Source: Bacillota bacterium
Lineage (GTDB): Bacteria; Bacillota; Desulfotomaculia; Desulfotomaculales; Pelotomaculaceae
NCBI GenBank assembly: GCA_029555205.1
Contig: JAKPTB010000149.1
Coordinates: 10,993-74,992 of the forward strand
Direction: 5' to 3'
DNA length: 64,000 bases
The translations under genes and the position numbers were made by a program. Positions 10,334 through 20,247 of this stretch are shown one piece after another. The notes beneath the pieces were generated by a model. The model saw only the letters and a list, made by a program, of their open reading frames with translations, was not told where the DNA came from and searched no databases. Each line of letters begins with the position of its first letter. Within the stretch, counting starts at the first letter, position 1.

Positions 10334-11005
10334 TTGTGCGGGCGATTCACCCTGACCACGGACATTAAGACACTGAAAAATGTTTTTCAGCTGAAGGAAA
10401 ATATTTTTGATTATATCCCCCGTTACAACATCGCTCCAGGCCAGAATATCCACGTAATCATCAAGGAAGACGGCAGCCGGAAGCTCAGGCTGATGAAATG
10501 GGGGTTGATCCCCGGCTGGGCCAGGGAATCAAAAATTGGCTACAAAATGATCAACGCCCGGTATGAGACAATCGACACAAAGCCCGCCTATAAAGGACCA
10601 TTTCAGCACCGCCGCTGCCTGATCCCTGCGGATGGTTTTTACGAATGGTTAAAAAAGCATAAGACCAGGCTGCCCTTCAGAATCACCCTGCCCGGTGGTG
10701 TGCTTTTTGCTTTTGCCGGCATCTGGGACCGCTGGATATCCCCGGAGGGCCTCATTGTATACTCCTGCAGCTTGATTACTGCACCTGCCAACGAATACCT
10801 CAAAGAAATCCATGAGCGAATGCCGGTTATCCTGGACAGGGAACAGGACTATGAAACCTGGTTGGCTCCCGCTGAAACCGGCTCCTTAAAAGGACTCCTG
10901 GGAACTTACCGGGGGAAAATGGAAATCTATCCTGTCTCTTCACTGGTTAACTCTCCAAATCATGACCACCCCGGCCTGATCCAAAGGAGCAGCGATAAAT
11001 TTTGA
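10334..11005 (+). CDS. SOS response-associated peptidase (SRAP/YedK family)
   Basis: A TTG start places the catalytic Cys at residue 2 (M-CGRFTL). NARYET and RCLIPADGFYEW motifs are present, and a GGAGG RBS lies 10 nt upstream. Confidence 0.85.
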   Translation: MCGRFTLTTDIKTLKNVFQLKENIFDYIPRYNIAPGQNIHVIIKEDGSRKLRLMKWGLIPGWARESKIGYKMINARYETIDTKPAYKGPFQHRRCLIPADGFYEWLKKHKTRLPFRITLPGGVLFAFAGIWDRWISPEGLIVYSCSLITAPANEYLKEIHERMPVILDREQDYETWLAPAETGSLKGLLGTYRGKMEIYPVSSLVNSPNHDHPGLIQRSSDKF

Positions 11006-11069
11006 ACCGGCGCCTGGGCAAAGGGTGGTGTAAATCCTGGAACTGTTAAATGAAGGTGCCGTTGAAGGC

Positions 11070-12725
11070 ATGGCCTTTATAGATCTGCCGGCGCGACCGG
11101 GAGGGTTGAGGGAGATGCTGAGCGATAAATTGTTGAAAAGGCGTTTAGCGACCGGAGAACATTTTTTGCCAAGGTTGGTATTCTGGTTTTTCGTTATCCT
11201 GTTATTATATTATTTTGCGGGTAAATGTTATATTGTAATTCCGGGGCGAGTTTACCCCGGCGTTCACCTGGCTATGGAGTTTGCTCTAATCATTACGGCA
11301 ACATGCGCTTCTTTGATGAGCTGGTATGACTATAAATATAAATTCGAAATCCGGGCAATTGTTTTGTGCCTGACCTTCTGTACAGTAGCCATGATCCAGT
11401 TTGTCCATGCTGTATCCTATAAGGGTATGCCGGACTTTTTAACACCTAATACCGTAAACAAGGCCTCCACATACTGGATAATCTCCAATCTGTTCATGGG
11501 CGCCGGCTTCCTGACAGCGGTTTTTTCCGGTGACAGGGTTAGAAGAATAAAGGTTAACAGAGTTTTATTTTTTTGGATCATGGGCAACCTGCTGCTGGTC
11601 GCTGCCGTTGCATACTTCTTACCGTACCTTCCCCCTATGTATGATCCCGGGGCGGGAAAACAGACCTTGTTGAAAATCGCCCTGGAATACCTGATCATTA
11701 TCATGCTGGCTCTGCCGGTGCTGAAAATTTGGCGAAAAAGCCAGATGAACAAACAGGGATACTATTTCTGCATGGCCCTGATCACCGGAATTTTCAGCGA
11801 GCTTGCTTTTACCCTCTACAGCAATGCCTACGATACTTATAATCTACTTGGACACATTTTAAAAATCATTTCCTATGCTTTTATCTTGAAGGTCATGCTT
11901 GATGATGCCGTCGGCATGTTGTATGAAACAAACAGGACCCTGGAAAAACAGAGGGAGATGCTGGCGGAAACCAATCTCCAGTTGCAGGAAAAGGACCGCC
12001 TGAAAGACGAGTTTTTGGCCAATGCTAACCATGAATTACGGACACCCCTTGCTGCAGTCATTGCTTTCACCGAGTTGTTAAGGGAAGAAAGCACAGGAAA
12101 ATTAAACAATTTGCAAAAGGACTATTTAAATGAGATAAACGACAGCGGCAGGGAACTTTTGGATAGAATCAACGGTTTTTTGGATTTGTCAAAAATCGCT
12201 GCAGGAAAGGTAGTGCTGTATACAGAAATTTTTCAAGTAAATGAGTTGATTGAAACCGTTGTACGGCGGGTCCGGCCCTTATTTAACAACAAGGGGGTTG
12301 TTCTGGAGGTTGCCCCGTTCCCTAACGAAAGCTTGCAGGTTTTGGCAGACAGGGATAAGGCTGGGCAAATTCTGACGAATTTACTTTCTAATGCCTTGAA
12401 ATTTACGCCTCCGGATGGTAACGTGGTGGTGGACACCTGTCTTGACGAATCAGGCCGTTATGTAGCTATCTCGGTTAAGGATACAGGTATCGGTATTGCC
12501 CCGGGAGAACAGCAGAGAATTTTTGAACCCTTTTATCAGGTAGACGGTTCAGCAGCAAGAAAATACGGAGGAACGGGAATAGGCCTCACCCTTGTGAAGA
12601 AACTGGTGGAATTAAACGGCGGCACAATCAAGGTATCCAGCAATTTAGATCAGGGGACTACATTTACTTTTACCCTTCCGGTGGGGGAAAAAGATGGGGG
12701 GGAGTTGTCCAATAATGTTGAATAA
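11070..12725 (+). CDS. sensor histidine kinase with polytopic membrane N-terminal domain
   Basis: H-box ANHELRTPL, an N/G1/G2 HATPase region (GTGIGL) and about 7 TM segments at the N-terminus. Confidence 0.9.
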   Translation: MAFIDLPARPGGLREMLSDKLLKRRLATGEHFLPRLVFWFFVILLLYYFAGKCYIVIPGRVYPGVHLAMEFALIITATCASLMSWYDYKYKFEIRAIVLCLTFCTVAMIQFVHAVSYKGMPDFLTPNTVNKASTYWIISNLFMGAGFLTAVFSGDRVRRIKVNRVLFFWIMGNLLLVAAVAYFLPYLPPMYDPGAGKQTLLKIALEYLIIIMLALPVLKIWRKSQMNKQGYYFCMALITGIFSELAFTLYSNAYDTYNLLGHILKIISYAFILKVMLDDAVGMLYETNRTLEKQREMLAETNLQLQEKDRLKDEFLANANHELRTPLAAVIAFTELLREESTGKLNNLQKDYLNEINDSGRELLDRINGFLDLSKIAAGKVVLYTEIFQVNELIETVVRRVRPLFNNKGVVLEVAPFPNESLQVLADRDKAGQILTNLLSNALKFTPPDGNVVVDTCLDESGRYVAISVKDTGIGIAPGEQQRIFEPFYQVDGSAARKYGGTGIGLTLVKKLVELNGGTIKVSSNLDQGTTFTFTLPVGEKDGGELSNNVE

Positions 12726-13416
12726 GATTTTAGCTGTTGACGACGATCCTAAAATACTTAAAATTCTCCTGCACACGCTGCGCAAAGAGGCTTTTGAGGT
12801 CATTACCGCTACCAGTGGGGAGGAGGCCCTGGAAAAAGCGGGAAAATACTTGCCGGACCTGGTAATCCTGGACATTATGATGCCGGGCATGGACGGTTTT
12901 GAAACATTTCAGAAGCTGAAGGCACTGCATGATATACCCGTCATTATCCTCTCCGCAAGGAGTGACGAAGTGGACAGGGTGGTAGGATTCCGCATGGGAG
13001 TGGATGATTATCAGACCAAACCATTCAGCCCTACAGAACTGGCCCTGCGGGTCAAGGCGATCCTGAGGAGGGTGCGCGAACCGGGGGAGCGGGTCAAAAC
13101 CGTGCTGAAATTTGGAGATCTGACCCTTGATTACAACAAGCGCTTGATAACCTGCAAGAACCAGAAGATTGAGCTGACTCCCAAGGAATTTGAAGTGCTC
13201 TGGCTGATGGCTTCCAACCCCAATAAGGTTTTCTCAAAGGCACACCTGTTGGAAAAGGTTTGGGACAGCTCCTTTTATGGAGATGACAATACAGTAACTG
13301 TGCATATCAGGAGAATAAGGGAAAAATTGGAGAAAAACCCCTCCAGTCCCTCTTATATCAAGACGGTCTGGGGAATAGGATATAAGTTTGAGTACGATTC
13401 AAATTTAATAAAATGA
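12715..13416 (+). CDS. OmpR-family response regulator
   Basis: Receiver domain (ILAVDDD...LVILDIMMPGMDG) plus a winged-helix region (TVWGIGYKF). It overlaps the end of the HK gene. Confidence 0.9.
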   Translation: MLNKILAVDDDPKILKILLHTLRKEAFEVITATSGEEALEKAGKYLPDLVILDIMMPGMDGFETFQKLKALHDIPVIILSARSDEVDRVVGFRMGVDDYQTKPFSPTELALRVKAILRRVREPGERVKTVLKFGDLTLDYNKRLITCKNQKIELTPKEFEVLWLMASNPNKVFSKAHLLEKVWDSSFYGDDNTVTVHIRRIREKLEKNPSSPSYIKTVWGIGYKFEYDSNLIK

Positions 13417-13560
13417 TCATAATATGCTTAAATGGAGCGGAGGGATAAACCCTCCGCTTTAATAAATTATTAGCCTTAATAAATTATTAATGGTTTTGTA
13501 ATCTGGTCTTAAACTGTCTGAAATATAATCAACGTACAGGGGGATACATGGGGTGAGGCA

Positions 13561-14157
13561 ATGAGTGGACCAATGAATATTGATCCGGGAATAGTCTGGA
13601 AGCATCTTGAAGAACACCATAAACTTTATCCTGCTGTTCAAAAAAATAAAATAAAAGAAATTGAGGCAAGGCTGATCAGGGTTGATACGGCCTGTGTGGA
13701 CCCGACCTACTGCCCTTTGCGTTCCTTAAAGAAGGAGTACGCCTATGCACTCAATTCAGTAAGGCTGCACAACTTGTATTTTGAAAACATCGGAGAACCT
13801 GGTTCAAAACCTTCTCCAGAACTGGTAAACGTCATCGAAGGTTATTTCGGCTCTTTGCAGGAGTGGGAAAAACAGTTTACAGCGCTTGCTGCGTGTTCCA
13901 GGGGTTGGGTGATCCTGGGTTTTGACTTGACGGACGGGGCGATCATAAATTTTTTTGCGGATGACCACACCGAGGGAGTCTGGTCCGTAATACCCCTGCT
14001 TGTCCTGGACGTTTACGAACACGCCTACTGTTCAATTTTTCAGACCAGGACTGCTTATATTGAAAGTTTTCTGAAGCGGATCCAGTGGGAAATTGTCAGC
14101 AAGAGGTTAAAGGCTGCCAGAGAAGTATTTAAAAAAATCCAGCCTGTTGTTAAGTAA
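13561..14157 (+). CDS. divergent Fe/Mn superoxide dismutase-like protein
   Basis: The C-terminal LLVLDVYEHAYCSIFQTRTAYIESF aligns with DVWEHAYYLKYQNRR of SODs. His in EEHH and LHNLYF align with metal ligands. The N-terminus is atypical. Confidence 0.6.
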   Translation: MSGPMNIDPGIVWKHLEEHHKLYPAVQKNKIKEIEARLIRVDTACVDPTYCPLRSLKKEYAYALNSVRLHNLYFENIGEPGSKPSPELVNVIEGYFGSLQEWEKQFTALAACSRGWVILGFDLTDGAIINFFADDHTEGVWSVIPLLVLDVYEHAYCSIFQTRTAYIESFLKRIQWEIVSKRLKAAREVFKKIQPVVK

Positions 14158-14196
14158 CACCCATCGCTACAAGCCTCAAACCGGGAACAGAATAAC

Positions 14197-14260
14197 AAAC
14201 TGGGTACCCGGTACCAAAGTTACTGAAGATTCAATAACTTGGGTACCCGGTACCCAAGTT
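14197..14260. promoter_or_regulatory. two palindromic GGTACC-containing operator-like sites upstream of sodA
   Basis: 14236..14260 reads AACTTGGGTACC-c-GGTACCCAAGTT, with perfect 12-nt arms. 14197..14221 is a related imperfect copy, AAACTGGGTACCCGGTACCAAAGTT. Confidence 0.5.
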
Positions 14261-14292
14261 ATTACGATAATAAAATTAAGGAGGCGGAGAAA

Positions 14293-14892
14293 ATGGCATT
14301 GCACCAACTACCGGAACTCCCCTACGCCTATGGAGCTCTGGAGCCCTATTACGACGAGCAGACTGTAAGGCTGCACCATGACGTACACCACAAGGCTTAC
14401 GTGGACGGGCTGAATAATGCCGAGGCAAAGCTGGCAGAAGCCCGGGAAAAGGGAGATTTTGCACTGATCAAGCACTGGGAGAGGGAGCTGGCTTTCCATG
14501 GTTCGGGCCATATTCTGCATACGCTTTTCTGGCAAAATATGAGCCCTGATGGAGGAGGTCCCCCTGTGGGTAAAGTGGCGAAGGAAATTGACAGGTGTTT
14601 CGGAAGCTTTGAAAGCTTTAAAAAGCAGTTTTCGGCTGCTGCCGTGGCCGTGGAAGGATCCGGCTGGGCAGTGCTTTGCTACAATCCCGGCTTTCAGAAG
14701 CTGGAGATTTTAACTGCTGAAAAACATCAGAACCTGACCCAGTGGGGGGTAGTTCCCCTGCTGACTGTAGACGTCTGGGAACATGCCTACTATCTTAAAT
14801 ATCAGAACAGGCGTGCTGCTTATGTGGAGAATTGGTGGAATTTGGTGAATTGGGAAGATGTAAATGCCCGGCTGGACACCATAGGGGTATGA
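14293..14892 (+). CDS. sodA: Fe/Mn superoxide dismutase
   Basis: MALHQLPELPYAYGALEPYYDEQTVRLHHDVHHKAYV...DVWEHAYYLKYQNRRAAYVENWWNLVNW, preceded by a GGAGG RBS. Confidence 0.95.
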   Translation: MALHQLPELPYAYGALEPYYDEQTVRLHHDVHHKAYVDGLNNAEAKLAEAREKGDFALIKHWERELAFHGSGHILHTLFWQNMSPDGGGPPVGKVAKEIDRCFGSFESFKKQFSAAAVAVEGSGWAVLCYNPGFQKLEILTAEKHQNLTQWGVVPLLTVDVWEHAYYLKYQNRRAAYVENWWNLVNWEDVNARLDTIGV

Positions 14893-15111
14893 TAATTGCG
14901 ATTTTGATTCTACAGCAAGTTTAATAATGAAGAAAAAAACCTGTCTTTCTCCATTCCGGGGATAACAGAGGTGTGAACCGGTTATACTACAAAAGTAATG
15001 CGGGATATTTGCTGCAGAATTTTGTTAAAATATCTTGCATATTTACAAGTATGGTGTATACTTGTATTATTCGCCTCTACATGAGGCATTTTAGGAGGTA
15101 TATTTAGGAGT

Positions 15112-15309
15112 ATGATCGGTAAGGTAAAATGGTTCAATGCGGACAAAGGTTTCGGTTTTATTGAAACAGAGGAAGGAAAAGACGTTTTCGTCCACTTCTC
15201 TTCCATCCTGAGTGATGGCTTTAAAACCCTTGACGAAGGCCAGAGCGTTGAGTTTGACATCGTTCAGGGCAACCGCGGCCCACAGGCCTCAAATGTGGTT
15301 AAATTATAG
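15112..15309 (+). CDS. csp: cold-shock protein (CspA family)
   Basis: [32 protein letters not shown] contains the RNP1 and RNP2 motifs. Confidence 0.95.
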   Translation: MIGKVKWFNADKGFGFIETEEGKDVFVHFSSILSDGFKTLDEGQSVEFDIVQGNRGPQASNVVKL

Positions 15310-15880
15310 AATAAAAGAATCTCTTTTAAATATAATTTAAACGCGCCAGGTAAAAAGGTAGCTGTAACGGCTGCCTTTTTACTTTCCCTAAGCCTGGTCA
15401 GGTTAGTGATTTAGAATTAAAGGCGTTCACGGGTTTTAGAGACTGTTAAAGTAATCCAGTAAATTCGTGAAATTACTGCTAATATAAATTTCGTTTTCGT
15501 GAAAACTAATAGCAGAACCGGATTAAATTTTTCAGGTGTGGATGGGAAAGAATGACAGCTTTTTTATTCCTTGATTTCGCCTGGTTGTGCCGGCATCGGT
15601 ATGGGCAAAAAATTCCGAAAGAGGCCAGTTCCCCTGCCCGGCTAACCGGACAACATTGTTTGAGAATAAAAATTATACTTACATCCCTTTTGGGTCTGGG
15701 CTAAGAAAAAGTTCCATTTATTCCAAGCCTTCAAATAATAAGCTTTCAAGATATTTTGCGAGGAAAATAGGGAAAATTCTCTTGTTCGGCAATTCGGTTC
15801 TAGAGGAAAGATTCTTTTCCTAACCTGATTAAATTACCATGAGTCTGCGTATAATACATTGAAAGGGGGTGACAGATACA

Positions 15881-16417
15881 ATGAAGGCAACAGGAATAGT
15901 TCGTCGAATCGACGATCTGGGAAGAGTGGTGATACCTAAGGAGATCCGGCGAACAATGCGGATCCGGGAAGGAGATCCCCTTGAGATATTTACGGACAGG
16001 GAAGGGGAAGTCATTTTAAAAAAGTATTCACCTATCGGTGAACTTGGTGAATTTGCGACAGAATATGCAGATTCACTCAATGAGGCCCTCGGTCACATCT
16101 CATGTATTGCAGACAAGGACACAATTATTGCAGTTGCCGGAGCTCCCAAAAAGCAGTTGATGAACAAGCAAATTGGACCCGATGTCGAGAAGGTAATGGC
16201 TGAAAGAAAAATGACATTGTTTAATGAGCCCTGCTACTTGACCGTTGATGAAGATATTAGTTATAGTTCAGCGGTAATCGCGCCGATTATCACAGAAGGA
16301 GATACAGTTGGCGCAGTAATTATCGCAGCAAAGGATCCCGGAGTTCAACTGGGCAATCTGGAAACTAAGCTGGCGGAGACTGCCGCAGGTTTTCTAGCAA
16401 AACAAATGGAGTCATAA
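15881..16417 (+). CDS. spoVT: stage V sporulation protein T (AbrB-family regulator with GAF-like C-domain)
   Basis: MKATGIVRRIDDLGRVVIPKEIRRTMRIREGDPLEIF followed by a C-terminal domain, about 178 aa in total. Confidence 0.9.
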   Translation: MKATGIVRRIDDLGRVVIPKEIRRTMRIREGDPLEIFTDREGEVILKKYSPIGELGEFATEYADSLNEALGHISCIADKDTIIAVAGAPKKQLMNKQIGPDVEKVMAERKMTLFNEPCYLTVDEDISYSSAVIAPIITEGDTVGAVIIAAKDPGVQLGNLETKLAETAAGFLAKQMES

Positions 16418-16445
16418 AAGCCTCTTTTTAGAGGCTTTTTTTTTA
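16417..16445 (+). terminator. intrinsic terminator after spoVT
   Basis: AAAGCCTC-ttttta-GAGGCTTT hairpin followed by a T-run. Confidence 0.8.
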
Positions 16446-16548
16446 TGATTAATAACTTAAGTGTTAATACCGGCTAAGAATAAAAATTTCATCATTGGTC
16501 AAGCTAAATCCAGGCTTTCATTTTGTTTTACAAATAATATGAGAGGGA

Positions 16549-16854
16549 GTGAAGAAATTGGTAACCAGCTGGAAGGATACTCAGAAGGGTGTTGAAGTAA
16601 AGAGCGCTTACGGCAATGAGGTAACCGTTATTTACAACGGCCTGCTCAAAAATTCGGGCGCCGATCAGGTTTATCTGCATTACGGATTTGGTGATACAAA
16701 TCACTGGTATGATATTGATACTACAAGGATGGAAAACTCAGCCCGGGGTTTTGAAAAAACAATTAGAATGAAAAATCATGTATTAAAATTCTGCTTTAAG
16801 GATTCGGCTAATAACTGGGACAACAACAACGGCCATAACTGGACGGTACGTTAG
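16549..16854 (+). CDS. small carbohydrate-binding-module-like protein (CBM25/26-like)
   Basis: 101 aa with a GTG start. The YLHYGF...W and NNWDNNNGHNW pattern resembles starch-binding modules. Confidence 0.5.
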   Translation: MKKLVTSWKDTQKGVEVKSAYGNEVTVIYNGLLKNSGADQVYLHYGFGDTNHWYDIDTTRMENSARGFEKTIRMKNHVLKFCFKDSANNWDNNNGHNWTVR

Positions 16855-17010
16855 TCAACAGCCGTATTAACAAAGCCCCTTCCAGAATTCTGCCACCTGT
16901 TCATCTTGACCATGACGAAAAGCCGCCCTGCTTACCGGGCGGCTTTTTCGGGAACTACCCACATATGATACTTTTCTTTTCTTTATAAAAGCCAGAATCT
17001 CGTTAACTGA

Positions 17011-18576
17011 TTATGATCCGAGAATAGCTTCCAGGTCTGTTTCCGGTTTGCCGGTTGGTTTGATGTCGAATTTCTCTACCAGGATGTTCAGGACATTGGG
17101 AGAAATGAATGCCGGCAGTGTGGGACCAAGGTAGATGTTTTTCAAGCCCAGTGACAGGAGTGTCAGCAGAACGCAGACGGCTTTCTGTTCGTACCAGGAG
17201 AGCACCAATGTCAGCGGGAGTTCATTAACCTCACACTTGAAGGCACCGGCAAGGGCAAGGGCAACCTGGATTGCGGAATAGGCGTCGTTGCACTGACCCA
17301 TGTCCAAAATTCTCGGTAGTCCACCAATTTCCCCGATGTTGAGATCATTAAAACGGTACTTACCGCAGCCCAGGGTCAGAATAACGGTGTCTCCAGGAGC
17401 CTTTTGCACCAAATCGGTATAATAATTCCTGCCGGGTCTGGCACCGTCACAGCCGCCAACCAGGATGATATGTCTAATGGCGCCTGCCTTAACCGCATCA
17501 ATCACTTTGTCGGCAACACCGAGAACGGCATTGTGGGCAAATCCGGTCATGAGCTCGGAACCGCCGTTAATCCCGGTGAGTACTTTATCTTCCTTCCAGC
17601 CTCCTAATTCAAGGGCTTTATTGATAACCGGGGTAAAATCCTTCCTGCCGTTTTCTTCCTTGATATGCTGAATACCCGGATAACCAACCACGGCAGTGGT
17701 GAATATTCTATCGGCATAGGAGTCCCTGGGCGGCATCAGGCAGTTCGTTGTGAAGAGCACCGGGGCCGGAATGCCGTCAAACTCTTTCTGTTGGTTCTGC
17801 CAGGCTGTGCCGAAGTTTCCTTTCAGATGCCCATATTTTTTGAGTTCAGGGTAGCCGTGGGCAGGCAACATTTCACCATGGGTGTAGATATTAATGCCCT
17901 TGTCCTGGGTTTGCTCAAGGAGCTGCTTTAAATCCTCTAAGTCGTGGCCTGTTACCACAATAAATGGTCCTTTGGCAATGGTTTTGGGCACTTTTACCGG
18001 TACGGGATGACCAAAGGTAGAGGTGTTGGCCTCGTCCAGCAGGGACATGCACTTGAGGTTAGTCTGCCCGAACTCCATCAACAGATTCAGCCATTCTTCG
18101 GTGGAGTGTTCTTCTCCAATAGCGCGCATGCCTTTGTAGAACCAGGAGGTGACTTCATCGTTTGTTTTGCCGAGCACATAAGCATGCCAGGCATATGCGG
18201 CCATACCGCGCAAGCCGAACAGGAGAGTCGAACGCAAGGATACGGTATCGGTGTCTCCATGGAAGAGGGTGGCGGGATCGAAATCTTCAGCGCCGCCCAG
18301 TTTTTCTTTTTCTTCCTGAATAAGCTTTTTCAATTCCTCAATGCGGTCTCCGTCGAAGTTTACATTTGTGACTGTGGCAAAAAGCCCCTGCATCATCAGT
18401 TCGTCGGCATTCCGGCCTGGTTGTTTGCCCTCTGCAGCCCGGGCTAGTCCAACCAGGGCGCAGGTCAGTCCGTCATGTTTGAGGGCAACATCCGGCTTTT
18501 TACCGCATACACCTGATTTTGTGCAGCCTTTACCGCCTGCTGTTTGCTCGCACTGGAAACAAAACATGCCACTCAT
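17011..18576 (-). CDS. hcp: hydroxylamine reductase / hybrid-cluster protein
   Basis: MFCFQCEQTAGGKGCT N-terminal cluster motif, 521 aa. Confidence 0.95.
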   Translation of the reverse strand: MSGMFCFQCEQTAGGKGCTKSGVCGKKPDVALKHDGLTCALVGLARAAEGKQPGRNADELMMQGLFATVTNVNFDGDRIEELKKLIQEEKEKLGGAEDFDPATLFHGDTDTVSLRSTLLFGLRGMAAYAWHAYVLGKTNDEVTSWFYKGMRAIGEEHSTEEWLNLLMEFGQTNLKCMSLLDEANTSTFGHPVPVKVPKTIAKGPFIVVTGHDLEDLKQLLEQTQDKGINIYTHGEMLPAHGYPELKKYGHLKGNFGTAWQNQQKEFDGIPAPVLFTTNCLMPPRDSYADRIFTTAVVGYPGIQHIKEENGRKDFTPVINKALELGGWKEDKVLTGINGGSELMTGFAHNAVLGVADKVIDAVKAGAIRHIILVGGCDGARPGRNYYTDLVQKAPGDTVILTLGCGKYRFNDLNIGEIGGLPRILDMGQCNDAYSAIQVALALAGAFKCEVNELPLTLVLSWYEQKAVCVLLTLLSLGLKNIYLGPTLPAFISPNVLNILVEKFDIKPTGKPETDLEAILGS

Positions 18577-18634
18577 TGAATTACCTCCTTTTTATTCTTA
18601 TATTAATTAGGCGGCTCATAGTGAGCAATGCCCC

Positions 18635-19360
18635 CTAATCTTCCAGTATGTTTCCATCAGTGGAGATGGTAACGATCCGCCAGGGGATCATTTTACCGCT
18701 GTTGATCAGGGCTTGTTTAACCGCCTGGGCTATACCGCTGCAACAGGGTACCTCCATACGCAGAACAGTAATGCTTTTTAGATCATGGGCTTTTATAATC
18801 TCGGTGAGTTTATCGGCGTACTGGACGTTGTCCAGCTTGGGGCAGCCGATGAGAGTGACTTTATTGCGCATGAAATCATCATGGATGCTGGCGTAGGCAT
18901 AGGCGGTGCAGTCTGCAGCCACAAGCAAGTGGGCTTGATCAAAGTAGGGAGCGTTAACCGGTACCAGCTTGATCTGGCAGGGCCACTGGCGAAGCTGTGA
19001 CCCTGCCGTTGCCCGGGCCTGCCTGGCAACAGGGCTTGTCCCTGCCTCAGCCTTCCTCTCGAAAACCCTGGCGTGGGTACCGGGGCAGCCACAGGGCAGG
19101 ATTTCAGGTTCGGGCTTGCTCTTTGCTGCCATATGCGCCTTCACCGCAGCTTCATCAAAAGCTTCCGCTTCCCGTTCTTCAATGGTGATTGCTCCGGCAG
19201 GACACTCCGGGAGGCAGTCTCCCAGTCCGTCGCAGTAGCTTTCTGAGATAAGCCTGGCCTTTCCATCCACCATTTGCAGGGCGCCCTCGTGGCAGGCTTC
19301 AACACAAAGACCGCAGCCATTACATTTATCTTCGTCTATTTTGACAATTTTTCTGATCAT
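18635..19360 (-). CDS. 4Fe-4S dicluster ferredoxin-domain protein, co-transcribed with hcp
   Basis: CNGCGLCVEAC and CDGLGDCLPECP motifs at the N-terminus. Confidence 0.85.
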   Translation of the reverse strand: MIRKIVKIDEDKCNGCGLCVEACHEGALQMVDGKARLISESYCDGLGDCLPECPAGAITIEEREAEAFDEAAVKAHMAAKSKPEPEILPCGCPGTHARVFERKAEAGTSPVARQARATAGSQLRQWPCQIKLVPVNAPYFDQAHLLVAADCTAYAYASIHDDFMRNKVTLIGCPKLDNVQYADKLTEIIKAHDLKSITVLRMEVPCCSGIAQAVKQALINSGKMIPWRIVTISTDGNILED

Positions 19361-19429
19361 CCTACAGCTCCTTTCCTGATTTTTGTAGTATTTACAGGGA
19401 TATTATACTATAATAAGCATGGGAAAACG

Positions 19430-19443
19430 GTAGCCACGGTTAC
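19430..19443. promoter_or_regulatory. candidate Crp/Fnr (HcpR-type) operator
   Basis: GTAGC-cacg-GTTAC inverted repeat in the divergent hcp/regulator intergenic region. Confidence 0.3.
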
Positions 19444-19465
19444 TTACGACGGCGGTGAACAAAAA

Positions 19466-20158
19466 ATGTATGAAAAATGGATGGGAGTCCTTGCAAAATG
19501 CCCGTTGTTCAAAGGCATGCAACCGGACCAGTTGAAATGTGTACTGTCCTGCCTAAAACCTAAGGTGGGTAGTTACGCAAGGAATGAATGTGTGGCGGTT
19601 GTGGGCGGGAGAATGACCGGTCTGGGAGTTGTTCTTTCCGGTGATGTTGTGGTGAGCAGTGAAAATATCGCAGGTAACAGGACGATCATAGCGGTTGACG
19701 GTCCCGGAGAGATGTTCGGGGAAATGGCTGCTTTCTCAGGAAGTGACGTCTGGCCGGCTACGGTTATGGCCCGGAGTAGCTGCGATGTAATGTTTCTGCC
19801 GGCCGAAAAGATCGTCAATAGCTGTGAAAACGCATGTGCAAGCCATAGGATGATGATCTTAAACATGCTTAAAATTATTTCCGACAAGGCGCTTGCCCTG
19901 CACAGGAAAGTAGAATACCTGTCCATAAAGAGCATGCGGGGGAAGATCAGTAGTTACCTGCTTGAACAGTATAAAAGGGCAGGCAGAGCTACATTCATAA
20001 TACCATTAAAGCGGAACGAACTTGCAGACTTCCTGAATGTTTCCCGCCCGTCCCTTTCACGCGAGATGAGCAGGTTAATGGAAGAAGGCATAATTGATTA
20101 TCACAGGGCATCAATCAAAATTAAGGACCTGGATTCTTTAAAGAGAATGGCCGATTAA
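19466..20158 (+). CDS. Crp/Fnr family transcriptional regulator (HcpR-like by context)
   Basis: cNMP-binding-like domain plus a C-terminal HTH (RNELADFLNVSRPSLSREMSRL). It is divergent from the ferredoxin-hcp operon. Confidence 0.8.
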   Translation: MYEKWMGVLAKCPLFKGMQPDQLKCVLSCLKPKVGSYARNECVAVVGGRMTGLGVVLSGDVVVSSENIAGNRTIIAVDGPGEMFGEMAAFSGSDVWPATVMARSSCDVMFLPAEKIVNSCENACASHRMMILNMLKIISDKALALHRKVEYLSIKSMRGKISSYLLEQYKRAGRATFIIPLKRNELADFLNVSRPSLSREMSRLMEEGIIDYHRASIKIKDLDSLKRMAD

Positions 20159-20247
20159 ACTTGTAACGGGCATTATTTTTTCAGTATTAACAGGTGCGTT
20201 ATTAAATATGATAAGTGAAAAGGACTGCAGCGCAAATTTCCCATAAC

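Noticed and set aside
14197-14260. GGTACC repeats as a CRISPR or mobile-element terminal repeat
   Set aside because: There are only two copies, both palindromic, with a 39-bp offset, lying directly in front of sodA. No cas or transposase genes are present, so an operator is the simpler reading.
15464-15504. Repeated TTCGTGAAA motif in the long csp-spoVT intergenic region
   Set aside because: There are only two short copies in AT-rich DNA with no clear symmetry or associated gene, which is insufficient to call a site.
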